Shown in pieces: positions 27,100-35,727 of a stretch of DNA of 64,000 bases. The stretch spans positions 327,538 through 391,537 of the forward strand of contig CAZBFO010000001.1 of the NCBI GenBank assembly GCA_964491475.1. The letters run 5' to 3'. Below the pieces are notes generated by a model, which had not been told where the DNA came from, searched no databases, and saw only the letters and a program-made list of their open reading frames with translations. The stretch's first letter is position 1. Each line of letters begins with the position of its first letter. The position numbers were made by a program, and so were the translations under genes. This stretch comes from an uncultured Gammaproteobacteria bacterium (GTDB lineage: Bacteria; Patescibacteriota; Patescibacteriia; SG8-24).

Positions 27100-27125
27100 G
27101 ATCCCCATACTCTTCACCGATCCCT

Positions 27126-27413
27126 ATGTTCGAGAAGCTCAAGCAGTTCAAGGAACTCCGCGACAAGGCCAAGGAAATCCAGACCTCCCTCGCCACAGAA
27201 TCCGTCGAAGGCTCCGGCGCCTGGAACAAGGTCAAAGTCACCATGGACGGCAACCAGAACGTCACCGCCGTTTCCATCGCTGACGAGCTCCTGACCGACA
27301 AGTCCAAGCTGCAGGACGGCGTCCGCGAGGCGGTCAACGACGCCGTCAAGAAGGCCCAACGCAAGATGATGGAAAAAATGAGGGACATGGGCGCGCTGCC
27401 GGGGATGGGTTAA
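27126..27413 (+). CDS. ybaB: nucleoid-associated protein YbaB/EbfC
   Basis: 95 aa with the YbaB-family pattern (KEIQTSLATESVEGSGAWNKVKVTMDGNQNV). Confidence 0.85.
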   Translation: MFEKLKQFKELRDKAKEIQTSLATESVEGSGAWNKVKVTMDGNQNVTAVSIADELLTDKSKLQDGVREAVNDAVKKAQRKMMEKMRDMGALPGMG

Positions 27414-27487
27414 GGAGCCCGAATGACGACGGGCGCAAGGCGCGGGACGACCGCCCCGCGCCCAGCACGCGCCACTATTCCGCACCG

Positions 27488-28129
27488 ATGCCGAAATTTC
27501 CCAAGACAATCGAGGACCTGATTGCCCAGCTGGGTACATTGCCCGGCGTTGGCCCGAAGACGGCTGAACGCTATGCTTTTTCGTTGCTCAAGCGCAGCCG
27601 CAGCGAGCGCGAGCGGCTGGCGCAGGCCATCACGGCGCCGGACCAGATGCTGACCACCTGTTCCACTTGCCGCAACTACACCGAGTCCGATCCCTGCAAC
27701 ATCTGCGGCGACGTCAAGCGCGACCGCGAGGTCATCTGCGTGGTGGCCAACGAGCAGGACTTGCTGGCGCTGGAGCACACCGGCGAGCATCGCGGGCTGT
27801 ACCACATCTTGGGCGGCACGCTGTCGCCGGCAGACGGCATCACGCCGCGCGAGCTGACGGTGCGCGAGCTGGTGGAGCGCGTGCGCGTCACCAAGCCGCG
27901 CGAAGTCATCCTGGCGTTCGACCCGACCATCGAGGGCGAGTCGACCACGCTGTACGTCTCGCGCCTGCTGGCACCGTTCGGTACCCAGCTCACCCGCCTG
28001 GCCCGCGGCCTGCCCATCGGCAGCGAACTCGGCTACGCCGACGAGGTCACCCTCACCGACGCCATCAAGGGACGACGGGTGCTGCAGACGGCGACCGCAC
28101 CTGCAGAAACCGTAATCGAACCGTTCTAA
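27488..28129 (+). CDS. recR: recombination protein RecR
   Basis: HhH motif LPGVGPKTAERYAF, C4 zinc finger CSTCRNYTESDPCNIC, Toprim domain. Confidence 0.9.
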   Translation: MPKFPKTIEDLIAQLGTLPGVGPKTAERYAFSLLKRSRSERERLAQAITAPDQMLTTCSTCRNYTESDPCNICGDVKRDREVICVVANEQDLLALEHTGEHRGLYHILGGTLSPADGITPRELTVRELVERVRVTKPREVILAFDPTIEGESTTLYVSRLLAPFGTQLTRLARGLPIGSELGYADEVTLTDAIKGRRVLQTATAPAETVIEPF

Positions 28130-28133
28130 GAAC

Positions 28134-28167
28134 GGCCGCCCCAGTCAGAGGGGGCGGCCTTTGCTTT
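28134..28167 (+). terminator. rho-independent terminator after recR
   Basis: GGCCGCCCC-loop-GGGGCGGCC followed by TTTGCTTT. Confidence 0.7.
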
Positions 28168-28199
28168 AGATGGCAGGCAGGGCCTTTTCGTTTCCGGCA

Positions 28200-28958
28200 T
28201 CACTTTGCCATCAGCCATGACCTCGCCTCCGAAATAAGTTTTTCCTCCGGCCTCTCAACGAGCATCTCGTCGATCAACGACAGCAGCTCGGCACGCGCCT
28301 GCGAAAAGCGGGGCCGGGAAGCGAATTTTTTCTCGTTCTCAATGAGGTCATGCGCGAGCGAACCGAGAGCGGCTTCGATCGTGTCGAAAGCGTTATCGCC
28401 TTCGTTGGCGAATTTCGGATCGACATCGACTATCACGAAGTGCTTTGCGTCTTCCCCGACGCGGTTGCCGTAGACGAACTGGTCGCTGCGGCAGTCGCTC
28501 CAGAACTTCCGCTTCTGCCTCCAGGCATCGGCATAATGCCGCACGAGCGAACGGTACGTCTCCTCGAGTTCGCCCTTTGCCCCTTCTGGCAGCGACTCGG
28601 CCTTGGCGACGTTTTCACCGTCGATCTTTTCCACGACCGTAAAGACGGCCTCCTCGCCCTCCTTGTTCCGTTCTCGGCGTGTCTCCGTCGACACGACTCT
28701 TAGGCCGTATTCGTCCCTAAGGCGCGCGAACATCGCCTCGCCCTCGCGCTGGGCGGTCTCGAGGTCATCGAGAGTCTGACCGTCGGCAGCGCGGCTTTCT
28801 CTTGCGAGCTTCCATGGCTCGCCCTCGATCTGCCACAGACGGACGTTGCCAGCGTCAAAAGAGGTCGGCTTCAGCCTGCCGGCAAAACCTTCGTGTTCGC
28901 GCTCGCCTTGTTGCTCATACGAGGAGGTTCCTTCGCGCATACGACGATAGGGTACCAT
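28200..28958 (-). CDS. hypothetical protein (252 aa, acidic)
   Basis: Contains VVEKIDGENV (a KxDG-like motif), but the other nucleotidyltransferase motifs are not convincing. No Shine-Dalgarno. Confidence 0.4.
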   Translation of the reverse strand: MVPYRRMREGTSSYEQQGEREHEGFAGRLKPTSFDAGNVRLWQIEGEPWKLARESRAADGQTLDDLETAQREGEAMFARLRDEYGLRVVSTETRRERNKEGEEAVFTVVEKIDGENVAKAESLPEGAKGELEETYRSLVRHYADAWRQKRKFWSDCRSDQFVYGNRVGEDAKHFVIVDVDPKFANEGDNAFDTIEAALGSLAHDLIENEKKFASRPRFSQARAELLSLIDEMLVERPEEKLISEARSWLMAK

Positions 28959-29086
28959 CTGCCGTCAAAAACGGAAGACGAACCGGCCTTGGCGATGATG
29001 CCCGAAGCCCGCAGCTTGTTGCCTTTTGCCGCCAAACGTGAAGAAATGCAGGCAGTGTTCCTTTACCCCACCAAAGGAGAGCCATC

Positions 29087-29833
29087 GTGCTTGAACCGCT
29101 CATCAACGAAAAGCAACGACCGCTCTTCGAGAAGATCGTCAACGCCACGGTCGAGGTGCATAAGCTCGGGAGGAACGGCAAGACCGTTCAGTACGGCACC
29201 GGTGCCGTACTGACTGCCTGCGGGCTCATCATCACCGCCGCGCACGTCATCCTTCGTTCGCGCGTAGTGATGGTGCGCCGACTGCGGCTGGACAAGAAGC
29301 GTTGGCGCATCTGGAAGTACAGCAAGCTCAAGGCCGACGTCATCTACCGCGACCACCGCACCGACATTGCCATCCTCAAGTTGCGCAAGCCGCCCAAGGG
29401 ACTGGAGGCAATCGCCCTTGGCGACAGCAACGCGATGCACGTCGGCAGCCCGTTGTTCCGCGTCGGACGAGACCGCATCCCTCTCGGCGCCGGATACGCC
29501 ATCAAAGTGCAGCCGTGCTGGCGGGGCAAGAGACGTGTCCGCGTCCCGCAGGGCAACGGATACGTAATCAAAAAGAAGCCGTACCTCCGGCGAATGCGCG
29601 TGCTGCACGTCGGCATGGACGTCCATTCCGCCGCCAGCGGCGGCCCCGTCTGCAACGAGAGTGGCGAGCTCATCGGTGTCTGCCTGGAACGGCAAGACGA
29701 CGACAACTCCCCTCCCCTCGCCTATGTCGCGGCGCTCGAGGACATTCGCCGACGCGTCCTGAACCGCAAAAACGTCCGAGAACATCTGGAACAGTCCCCC
29801 GAAACCGCAGAGCGCATCTGCGGTCCGCAATGA
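29087..29833 (+). CDS. trypsin-like (S1/chymotrypsin-fold) serine peptidase, cytoplasmic-type
   Basis: Catalytic triad contexts TAAHV, DIAILKL, AASGGPV. GTG start with AAAGGAGAG Shine-Dalgarno. No signal peptide. Confidence 0.6.
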   Translation: MLEPLINEKQRPLFEKIVNATVEVHKLGRNGKTVQYGTGAVLTACGLIITAAHVILRSRVVMVRRLRLDKKRWRIWKYSKLKADVIYRDHRTDIAILKLRKPPKGLEAIALGDSNAMHVGSPLFRVGRDRIPLGAGYAIKVQPCWRGKRRVRVPQGNGYVIKKKPYLRRMRVLHVGMDVHSAASGGPVCNESGELIGVCLERQDDDNSPPLAYVAALEDIRRRVLNRKNVREHLEQSPETAERICGPQ

Positions 29834-29834
29834 A

Positions 29835-29856
29835 CCGCCGGTCTCGGCGGTTTTTT
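29835..29856 (+). terminator. rho-independent terminator (CCGCCG-GTCT-CGGCGG + TTTTTT)
   Basis: Directly after the stop at 29833. Confidence 0.7.
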
Positions 29857-29862
29857 CGTACC

Positions 29863-29887
29863 AAAAAGCCGCCCTTACGGAGCGGCT
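29863..29887 (-). terminator. terminator for rplU (AGCCGC-loop-GCGGCT + T-tract on minus strand)
   Basis: Lies 9 nt after the rplU stop. Confidence 0.6.
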
Positions 29888-29895
29888 CGGCCTGC

Positions 29896-30216
29896 TTACG
29901 CCTTGATGTCCTGAATGGCGATCGAGGTGAACGGCTGGCGGTGTCCCGCCTTGCGCTTGTAGCGCGTCTTGGCGTGGAACTTGATGATCGTCACCTTGTC
30001 GTGCTTGCCGGCACCGGTGACCTTGGCGGAAACGGTGGCACCCTGCACGGTGGGGGCGCCGACCTTCACGCTCTTGCCGTCCTCGTCCATGACGAGAAGG
30101 GCGTCGAGGGTGAGGACGTCGCCCTCGGCCGCGTCGAGCTTTTCGACACGAAGCGTGTCGCCTTCCTTGACCAAGTACTGTTTTCCTCCCGTTTGGATGA
30201 CTGCAAAATGCGCCAT
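29896..30216 (-). CDS. rplU: 50S ribosomal protein bL21
   Basis: MAHFAVIQTGGKQYLVKEGD is the classic bL21 N-terminus. 106 aa. Confidence 0.95.
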   Translation of the reverse strand: MAHFAVIQTGGKQYLVKEGDTLRVEKLDAAEGDVLTLDALLVMDEDGKSVKVGAPTVQGATVSAKVTGAGKHDKVTIIKFHAKTRYKRKAGHRQPFTSIAIQDIKA

Positions 30217-30260
30217 ATGCGAAACACGAAATAATCACGCTTTTTCAGCGAAGTACCGAT

Positions 30261-30289
30261 AGTCTAGCGGAAGGCCTCCCGACTGTCAA
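30261..30289 (-). promoter_or_regulatory. promoter TTGACA-17-TAGACT for rplU
   Basis: Consensus -35 and a good -10. About 45-nt leader. Confidence 0.6.
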
Positions 30290-30315
30290 CATCCGGAGCC
30301 ACGTTGGGGCCAGAT

Positions 30316-30831
30316 TCAGCCCTTTGGCTCCAAATGCTCGCTAATCGGCAGCCCGATCCGCAGTCCGTGAGCCTCGGCAAAGCCTGCGTTTACCTCCAAG
30401 ACCCTGTCTATGGGGACTTTGGGGGCGTAAGTGGGTAACGCACCGTCCGGGCCAGGCACCGGCAGGTTGGTGGTGATGTCGGCAATCTGGCCGTTGCTAA
30501 TCCAGATGATGTCGATAGGGAACCGCATTTCCTTCATCCAAAAACCGTACCTATCGGGCTGCTGGAACACGAAATACATGCCTTCATTAGGGCCAAGACC
30601 GGCGCGACCGGACAAGCCGCGTTCGCGCGCAGGCTCGGTCACCGCAATCGAAACGTCCACACGCAAATCATCGCCGACCGTGACATACCCGCTCCGGAAC
30701 CGGGACTGCAGCGTCGTCAGCACCAACGATGCGACGATGACGATGCCAAAAGCGGCTCCGGCCAAGAGGGACCGGTTGGTCGATCCGAGAAGGAAGGACA
30801 GTTTTTTTCCCTGTTGCGGCGCGTCGGACAT
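30316..30831 (-). CDS. DUF192-family protein
   Basis: N-terminal TM, then NEGMYFVF...MKEMRFPIDIIWI, characteristic of DUF192/COG1430. Confidence 0.65.
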   Translation of the reverse strand: MSDAPQQGKKLSFLLGSTNRSLLAGAAFGIVIVASLVLTTLQSRFRSGYVTVGDDLRVDVSIAVTEPARERGLSGRAGLGPNEGMYFVFQQPDRYGFWMKEMRFPIDIIWISNGQIADITTNLPVPGPDGALPTYAPKVPIDRVLEVNAGFAEAHGLRIGLPISEHLEPKG

Positions 30832-30834
30832 AGG

Positions 30835-31911
30835 TCAGGCTTTTTTACGATACGCGAGCATGGCAACGGCAGTCAACGCGACCAGAATGCTGGCGACCAT
30901 GCCGATGGCCGCCACCTTTTCCCACCCCTGCAGGATGAGCGTCGAAGTCCCGAACAGGGCCGCCACGAAATAATACAGCAGCACCACCTGCCGCTGCGAC
31001 CAGCCGAAATCGAGCAGCCGGAAATGCAGGTGCGAACGGTCACCGGCCGCCGGCGACTTCTTCTGGAGCAGCCGGCGGACGATGACGAATGCGGCGTCGA
31101 AAATCGGCAGTCCCAGGACCAGCAACGTCGTGGCAATCTTTCCGCCCGAGATGATGGCCAGCGTGCCAAGAAGGAAGCCCGCCATCGTCGATCCGCCCTC
31201 GCCGAGAAAAATCGAGGCGGGACTGCCGTTGAACAGCAGGAATCCGGCGAACGCCGCGGCGACGATGACCGCAAGCACCGCCGTGTCCGGCTGCGACACC
31301 TCTTTCATCAGGCTGACGGCTGCGACGACCAGCGCGCCGATGACGGTCACGCCGCTGACCAGGCCGTCGAGCCCGTCGAGGAACTTGGTGGTGTAGGTCA
31401 TGCCCAGCAGCCACAGCACCGTGAAGGCGTCGGCCAATGGCGTGACCTTGTAGGGGATGCCGGCCAGCCACAGCACGGTGACCGAAAACCCGTTCAGGTA
31501 CAGCTGTCCGCCGAAGGGATTGGTGACGAAAGTGATACCGATGCCGCTGGCGACGATGGCCAGCGCGGCCAGTACTGGCCAGACGATCTGTTTCCAGGGC
31601 CGGAGATTTCGGGCGTCATCCCAGGCTCCGCCGAACATCAGCAGGAAGGCAGCGATGACGATGCTGATCAGGAATTTCCCTTTTACGTGCAGGCCCGGCA
31701 GCCAACCGAACCCGATCGCCGTCGCGACCGCCACGGCCATGGCGACGAATACCGCCACGCCGCCCAGCAGCGCCACCGGCCGGCCATGCGCCTTGCGCTC
31801 ACCGTCCGGCCGATCGACTACTCCCGTGCGCCAAGCCAAAAACCGCACCAGCGGGGTGACGCAGGCGGCGACGGCAAACGATATGGCGGCATTGAGCAAA
31901 AGCGTGGGCAT
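30835..31911 (-). CDS. glycosyltransferase family 4 polyprenyl-phosphate sugar-1-phosphate transferase (WecA/TagO-like more than MraY-like)
   Basis: DDxxN (AWDDARN), TKFLDGLDGL, FLGEGGSTMAGFLLG, DRSHLHFRLL. Spacing matches the WecA motifs DGIDGL / GSTLIGF / DRxHIHH. 3-nt gap to the DUF192 gene. Confidence 0.7.
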   Translation of the reverse strand: MPTLLLNAAISFAVAACVTPLVRFLAWRTGVVDRPDGERKAHGRPVALLGGVAVFVAMAVAVATAIGFGWLPGLHVKGKFLISIVIAAFLLMFGGAWDDARNLRPWKQIVWPVLAALAIVASGIGITFVTNPFGGQLYLNGFSVTVLWLAGIPYKVTPLADAFTVLWLLGMTYTTKFLDGLDGLVSGVTVIGALVVAAVSLMKEVSQPDTAVLAVIVAAAFAGFLLFNGSPASIFLGEGGSTMAGFLLGTLAIISGGKIATTLLVLGLPIFDAAFVIVRRLLQKKSPAAGDRSHLHFRLLDFGWSQRQVVLLYYFVAALFGTSTLILQGWEKVAAIGMVASILVALTAVAMLAYRKKA

Positions 31912-31981
31912 GGGCACCGCGTTACTGTAGGCAAAGGTAGCACGGTCCCGGACTGCGGAAAAGACGCGGCCGGATGATTTC

Positions 31982-32018
31982 GAGAAAAAGAAAAGGCGCA
32001 CCGGAAGGCCGGTGCGCC
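31982..32018 (-). terminator. terminator hairpin (GGCGCACCGG-AAGG-CCGGTGCGCC) with a T-tract on the minus strand
   Basis: 10-bp perfect stem. Ends the monocistronic gene 32076-33647. Confidence 0.75.
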
Positions 32019-32075
32019 TTTCGACAGCCGTCAACGACGGCGGTCAATCAAGAAGCTAAGGGAGAGAAAGAACCG

Positions 32076-33647
32076 TCAGCCCATGTACTCGCGCACGATG
32101 TCGCTGGTATCCACGCTGTAATGCGTGGACAGTGCGGCGACGACCAGGTCTTGAATGGCCTGTTCGTGCAGTGCCGAGGTCGGCGAGTACGGGTTGGCGC
32201 GGAAATAGTTGCCTACCGCGCCGCGGTAGTTGGTGAAGTAGATCGCATGGATGAACCTGCCCTGGCGATTCCTGTAGACGAAGTTGCCGGGACTGGCCAA
32301 CTGCGCCTTCACCTGCTCGGTAATCTCGACGCCTTGACGGCGCAGGTCCGCCTCGCGAATCGCCATCGCCACCCGGTCGAGCCGGATGCCGTTGACGCTC
32401 GAGATGACGAACAGCCCGCGGCCGTACATCTGGATGATGACATCGCCCTTGGCCCGCTTCGGCTGCTGCGGCTGGGGACGGGGACCGGTGACTTTCCAAG
32501 ACTTCTTTTTGCCCTGGCCAGCCTCCTTGACCCACGTACCTGACTCGGTATTGCCGCGCCGGGCCACCGCGCCGAAGCGCTGCGACTCGGAGCGGCCGAA
32601 GACCACCATGACCTTGCGGGTCTTCTTGCCTTCCACCTGCGGCAGCATCTCGACCTCGCGGCCGATGGCATGCCGGAAGTAGTCGCCGATGGCGGCGTGC
32701 CACTGGCGTTCCATTTCGCCGAGCGCCTTCTCGGCCTGAACCGCGAACGTTCGCGTCTCACTTTTGACGCGGCCCGCGTCGTTGACGACAAAGGGGTGAA
32801 GGGTCGCCTCGAAATGGGCTTCCGTGCCGACGAGGATCTCGTCGATGCGGAACAGCTTCCGCACGTCGAGATCGTGCATGTCCTCGGGATTGTCGTACAG
32901 CATCCGCACGTTCTGCTCGATTGCCCCGAAGGCGACCGAGGCGAGTGCGTAGACCTTGTGGGGGTCGTTCGGATACTGCGCGTTCCACCCGAGAATCATG
33001 TTCCGCAGGTGACGGGGCGTATGCGGCGTCGGATCGACGTTCGCTTGCGCCGCCGGCATGGGATCGGCCTTGCCCTCAACAGGCTCGGCCGCGTCCATGT
33101 CCTGCAGCATGCCGTCCACGAGGTCGTCCCCGTCTTGCGACGGTTCGGCAGCCTCGGGCTTGGCATCGAGCGACCGGGGAGCGATGTCCTCGCCCGTCAG
33201 GTCGTTCCGGCAGATGACCAGGAAGACGCCTTCCATGATCCGGAGCAGGTGCTGCAGCTCCTTGCGGTCTGCGGCATCCATCTCCTCGACGCGAGCGCTC
33301 AACTCCTCGAGAAGGAGGTGAAGGCTCGACGTCTTGTTTTCGGCCACGCTGTCCGGAAGGACATGCTGGTCGAACCTCCCGCCGCCGCAATCGAGAAACA
33401 GGTATCCCCTGGCCTCGAGCTGCTCCGGCGAGAGCGTCCTCTCTTCCTCCCAGTCGCGCCGCCGAAGCTGGCCGGCCGGGATGAACTTGAGACGCGGCGC
33501 GTCGACGCAACGGAGCGCCTTCCGCACCACGACGTGGCCGCTGATCAGCCAAGCCATCACCAGCGCCTCCGTGTCCGGGGACACGTGCTGCACCAGCGTA
33601 TGAATCATCTGCTTGCGAACGGCATGCGCGTAACTGACCTGGTTCAT
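32076..33647 (-). CDS. large hypothetical cytoplasmic protein (523 aa)
   Basis: ORF from MNQVSYAHAVRK with GAGGAGAG Shine-Dalgarno. Contains GYLFLDCGGGRFDQH, an acidic central linker, and a basic QPKRAKGD segment. No family recognised. Confidence 0.55.
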   Translation of the reverse strand: MNQVSYAHAVRKQMIHTLVQHVSPDTEALVMAWLISGHVVVRKALRCVDAPRLKFIPAGQLRRRDWEEERTLSPEQLEARGYLFLDCGGGRFDQHVLPDSVAENKTSSLHLLLEELSARVEEMDAADRKELQHLLRIMEGVFLVICRNDLTGEDIAPRSLDAKPEAAEPSQDGDDLVDGMLQDMDAAEPVEGKADPMPAAQANVDPTPHTPRHLRNMILGWNAQYPNDPHKVYALASVAFGAIEQNVRMLYDNPEDMHDLDVRKLFRIDEILVGTEAHFEATLHPFVVNDAGRVKSETRTFAVQAEKALGEMERQWHAAIGDYFRHAIGREVEMLPQVEGKKTRKVMVVFGRSESQRFGAVARRGNTESGTWVKEAGQGKKKSWKVTGPRPQPQQPKRAKGDVIIQMYGRGLFVISSVNGIRLDRVAMAIREADLRRQGVEITEQVKAQLASPGNFVYRNRQGRFIHAIYFTNYRGAVGNYFRANPYSPTSALHEQAIQDLVVAALSTHYSVDTSDIVREYMG

Positions 33648-33790
33648 GACGACTCTCCTCGGGTCAAAAAACCCTAGTCCGGATAGGCCGGACACCTTCG
33701 GTTGTCAAACCGCCCTCTCCACGCACTATGCGCAGAAAGAACAACAGACTATAGCACGAAAACACCTTTCTGTCAATCCGTCCATGCAAA

Positions 33791-33820
33791 CAAAAAACGC
33801 TCTGCTAAGCGTTTTTTTTG
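33791..33820. terminator. bidirectional terminator (AAAAAACGCT-CTGCTA-AGCGTTTTTTTT) ending the mraZ-rsmH-ftsL operon
   Basis: Perfect A/T-extended hairpin 50 nt past the ftsL stop. Confidence 0.75.
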
Positions 33821-33870
33821 GAGGGGTTCCTTTTTGATTTCAGACCTCTACTAAGCCGAATTGGCCAAGA

Positions 33871-34227
33871 TTAGCGGATAGCCACCGCTCCCGTGCCGCT
33901 GTTAAGGTAGTCGACGTCAGTCACCGGCACCAAGCCCAAACCCTGGATCTTGCCATCAAGGGAATCCATCGACTCGTCAGTGACTACGGATAAATCCAGC
34001 TTCTGCCGCTGGTTCTGCAGTTCATTGATGCGCCGTTCCATGCTGCGAATGGCAAAACCCTTCTCGGTGGCGCTGTTGTTCAACACCAAATACCCGGCGA
34101 ACAGCGCGATGACGCCCAGCGCGATCAGGGCGTTCAGCACGCGGATGTCACGCCACAGCGGCACGTAGGCGAGGCGCGCCTCGCGGGCCGCGGCAAACGA
34201 CGGCGGATTGTAGCTTGCATGTGTCAT
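33871..34227 (-). CDS. ftsL: cell division protein FtsL-like (bitopic, coiled-coil)
   Basis: 118 aa. Single TM (VLNALIALGVIALFAGYLVL) followed by a coiled coil. Translationally coupled to rsmH (ATGA overlap). Canonical position after rsmH. Confidence 0.65.
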   Translation of the reverse strand: MTHASYNPPSFAAAREARLAYVPLWRDIRVLNALIALGVIALFAGYLVLNNSATEKGFAIRSMERRINELQNQRQKLDLSVVTDESMDSLDGKIQGLGLVPVTDVDYLNSGTGAVAIR

Positions 34228-35108
34228 GGCTTCTTGATGGCAATGCGCAGCTTGGCGCTGCGCGACCGCGAATTCCGCCTGATTTCTTCCTCAGAAGCCG
34301 TAATCGGCCGTTTGGCGACGACCGTCCCCTCTCCCGCCTCGGCCTTTTCCAGGAAAAAACGCTTGACGATGCGGTCCTCCAGCGAATGAAACGAGATGAC
34401 CGCCAGGCGGCCGCCGGGCGCCAAAGCGTCCCACAGCGCCGGAAGCGCCGTGCGGACGTTGCCGAGCTCGTCGTTTGTGGCGATGCGCAACGCCTGGAAG
34501 GTGCGCGTCGGGAACGGCAGCTTGCTCCGCCGGTAGAAGCCGGGGACGGAGTGGGCGATGACGTCCACCAATTGCGTGGTCGTCACGATTTTCGCGTCGC
34601 GTCTGGCTTTGACGATGCCGTCGGCGATCTTGCGGGCCCATTTTTCCTCCCCGTACTCCCACAGGACCCTTGAAAGGTCGTCTGCGCTCCATGAGTTGAC
34701 GATGGAGGCGGCCGTCTCGTCCTGGGTCCGGTCGAAGCGCATGTCGAGCGGCCCGTCGAAGCGGAAGCTGAATCCGCGCGTCGGGTCGTCGATTTCGAGC
34801 GACGAAAAACCCAGATCGAGAAGCGCCGCGTGAATCGGCCCGAAGGACTGGGTGTGGAGGACCCGCTCAAGATGGCGATAGTTCTCGCGGACAAGCATGG
34901 CGCGAGAACCATAGGCACCGAGTGTACTTCGAGCCGCTTCGAGCGCCGCTTCGTCGACGTCGAGGCCCAACAGCTTTCCGTTTGGCGCGGTCTTTGCCAG
35001 CGCGGCGGCGGCGTGTCCGCCGGCACCGAGCGTGCAATCGACCACGTTCTCGTTCGGTTGCAGGTTGAGGCCGTCGATCGTCTCACGGAGGAGAACTGGG
35101 ATATGCAT
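34224..35108 (-). CDS. rsmH: 16S rRNA (cytosine1402-N4)-methyltransferase RsmH/MraW
   Basis: CTLGAGGHA, LLDLGFSS, and SFHSLEDRIVK motifs. 294 aa from MHIPVLL. Confidence 0.9.
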   Translation of the reverse strand: MHIPVLLRETIDGLNLQPNENVVDCTLGAGGHAAAALAKTAPNGKLLGLDVDEAALEAARSTLGAYGSRAMLVRENYRHLERVLHTQSFGPIHAALLDLGFSSLEIDDPTRGFSFRFDGPLDMRFDRTQDETAASIVNSWSADDLSRVLWEYGEEKWARKIADGIVKARRDAKIVTTTQLVDVIAHSVPGFYRRSKLPFPTRTFQALRIATNDELGNVRTALPALWDALAPGGRLAVISFHSLEDRIVKRFFLEKAEAGEGTVVAKRPITASEEEIRRNSRSRSAKLRIAIKKP

Positions 35109-35110
35109 AA

Positions 35111-35542
35111 CTACACTCCCAGTTCGCCCATCCGTTCGGCGATGTCGTTCGAGTCTTTTTCTGTTTTTGCCTTGTAGGCGTCCCAGGACTTTTTGTCCCA
35201 GATTTCGATGCGGCCGTAGAGGCCGGCAACGACGGCATCTTTGGCGATGCCAGCGTAGCGGCGCAGGTATTCCGGCAGCACCACCCTCCCCTGCTTGTCG
35301 ATCTCCACGTCCATAGCGCCGGCGAGCATCAGGCGCGCGAACGCACGGGCGTTCGCCTGGCTGAATGGAAGTGCAGACAGTTTTTCGGCGAGCTTTTTCC
35401 ACTCGGCCATCGAGTATACGAAGAGACAGTTGTCGAGACCCCTGGTCACGACGGCGCCGCCCTTGAGCTCCTTGCGGAACTTGGTCGGTATCGCCAATCT
35501 CCCCTTCTCGTCGACCGCGTGGTTGTACTCACCGATAAACAT
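35111..35542 (-). CDS. mraZ: transcriptional regulator MraZ
   Basis: Duplicated MraZ half-domains (MFIGEYNHAVDEKGRLAIP ... DKQGRVVLP). Confidence 0.9.
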   Translation of the reverse strand: MFIGEYNHAVDEKGRLAIPTKFRKELKGGAVVTRGLDNCLFVYSMAEWKKLAEKLSALPFSQANARAFARLMLAGAMDVEIDKQGRVVLPEYLRRYAGIAKDAVVAGLYGRIEIWDKKSWDAYKAKTEKDSNDIAERMGELGV

Positions 35543-35727
35543 GACAGGAAAAAGTGAGCTGCGGATAAACGGGATTTTACGCTCATTTCAGCGACGTTTT
35601 GCCGCCCGAGCAATTCCCCATTTTTCCCCACTTAAAACCACTACAGTTCAACTATACACCTTTTTTCACCCCGCAACAAGATGAACCTGTGCATATTTTT
35701 CATCAAAAAAGACCGCAACGAGTGCGG

